The notes beneath the pieces were generated by a model, which ran no database searches, had not been told where the DNA came from, and saw only the letters and a list, made by a program, of their open reading frames with translations. Position numbers and translations under genes: made by a program. DNA of 64,000 nucleotides, from assembly GCA_964106915.2 (NCBI GenBank), contig OZ066914.1. One strand, given 5' to 3'. This DNA comes from Podarcis gaigeae. Lineage: Eukaryota. Positions 63,032 to 64,000 of this stretch are shown here, piece after piece (the stretch's first letter is position 1; each line of letters begins with the position of its first letter).

Positions 63032-64000
63032 CTGATTCAGGCGACGTTCGCCGCGTCCGGCGCCCTTTGCCTCTGCTCCGAGTACTCTTCCCTTCCTGAG
63101 GCTGCAATGCGTTGTCCTTTTTCTCTGCCACTTTCCCAGTCTTCCTTTCCAACTCTCTGTTTGCACCGTGGGTCCCTGCCCTGCTTCTATCTGCTCCTGG
63201 CTCCGTCTTGGCCCAGGGCAGGGAATGTCCGTTCTGGCCAGATTCCCGTTTCCGGGCATGCGAGGTTGCACTTGGACCCTTGGGCTCATGGCTCCCTTTC
63301 GCCGCGTTCACAGACCCTCCATCCATGCAGTCATTGCTCTCTGAATGCCCAGCCTGCAGGAGGTCTCTCCTTCCCAAGGGGGCCGCCAGAGTCAGCGGGC
63401 ACTGCTCCACCTTCCTCCGCAGATCTTGCCCATTCAGCTCGCTTTCCTTCTGACCCCTGCTGGGCTCTGCCACCTGCTCAGCTGTGGCCACGCTCCTCGC
63501 CAGAGGCTTTTGCGTCCCCTTGGTCTCATCTCTGGGCCCCACCAGGACCACGCTGGACAATACCAGCTGCTGCACGCCGTGGGCATTCTCTGCCAGGGGC
63601 AAAGCCTTGAGGGGCTTGAGTTTCCGTGGTGGCGGGACCCTGGGAGCAGATGGCTCGGCGGAGGAACGTGGCGATGGTGACCTGAAGAGCTCTTGCGACC
63701 GCCGCAGCTGCTGCTGAGACACGGTGCGCTTGATGCGGCCCAGCTCCTCCGTGAACTTGTGCTCCATGTCGTGCACGCGGCTGGAGAAGCGGCCGCGCTC
63801 ATCCAAGGAGGCCGCCTTCTGGTGGAAGGCACGGCGCCGGAACGCCACACCACCCAGCTCAGAGCGGGTGTCCTCTTGCAGGTCCTCGTGGGAGACGGCC
63901 GAGAGGAAGGGGCTGGCATCGTCAAAGCCGGGCTGGTCAAAAGAGCGCGTCTTGCGTAGCGGCAGCCACGTGTGCCCTGCAAAAGGGTTCTCATTCTGTT
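63032..64000 (-). CDS. SPEG: SPEG large N-terminal low-complexity exon (partial, runs off window)
   Basis: Open frame QNENPFAGHTWLPLRKTRSFDQPG...FHQKAASLDERGRF...RTRRTSPES; donor G|GTATG. Confidence 0.93.

Larger units (their letters stand above)
6598..64000 (-). other. SPEG: SPEG gene body (5'-partial): 38 coding exons, ~3041 aa in window, two Ser/Thr kinase domains plus Ig/Fn3 domains
   Basis: Exon peptides match SPEG as I recall it (e.g. [69 protein letters not shown]). All junction phases are consistent, and the summed CDS from 63998 is 9126 nt (divisible by 3, ends TAG). Confidence 0.97.

Noticed and set aside
63013-63040. Duplicated GAATCAGG with a second GCAAGT donor-like site
   Set aside because: The second site would be out of phase with the next exon; the GT donor at 63031 fits.
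1-64000. CRISPR arrays, operons or prokaryotic-type systems
   Set aside because: The sequence is vertebrate intron-exon DNA, and I saw no regularly spaced repeat-spacer structure.

Overview
Vertebrate genomic DNA from a squamate, probably a lacertid lizard (inferred from the SINE and MITE content). Most of the window is one minus-strand gene, SPEG (striated muscle preferentially expressed protein kinase, obscurin/MLCK family). I traced 38 phase-consistent coding exons by hand, from a partial exon at the right edge (63032->64000) to the stop at 6598-6600. They give about 3041 aa of open frame: Ig and Fn3 domains, kinase 1, a long low-complexity linker, Ig-Fn3, then kinase 2. The 5'-most exons lie outside the window. 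Notable RNA-processing features are a U12-type minor intron in kinase 1, a GC-AG intron, a 27-nt microexon, a splice acceptor whose polypyrimidine tract is a SINE (TTC)n tail, an intronic alternative last exon with its own poly(A) signal (APEG-1/BPEG-like kinase-less isoforms), and a candidate internal CpG-rich promoter. Introns and the 3' flank contain tRNA-derived SINEs, a decayed L1, CR1/L2 fragments, hAT and Tc1/mariner MITEs, and microsatellites. I found no wholly new biological system; the most interesting signals are TE/splice-site interactions and the isoform architecture.
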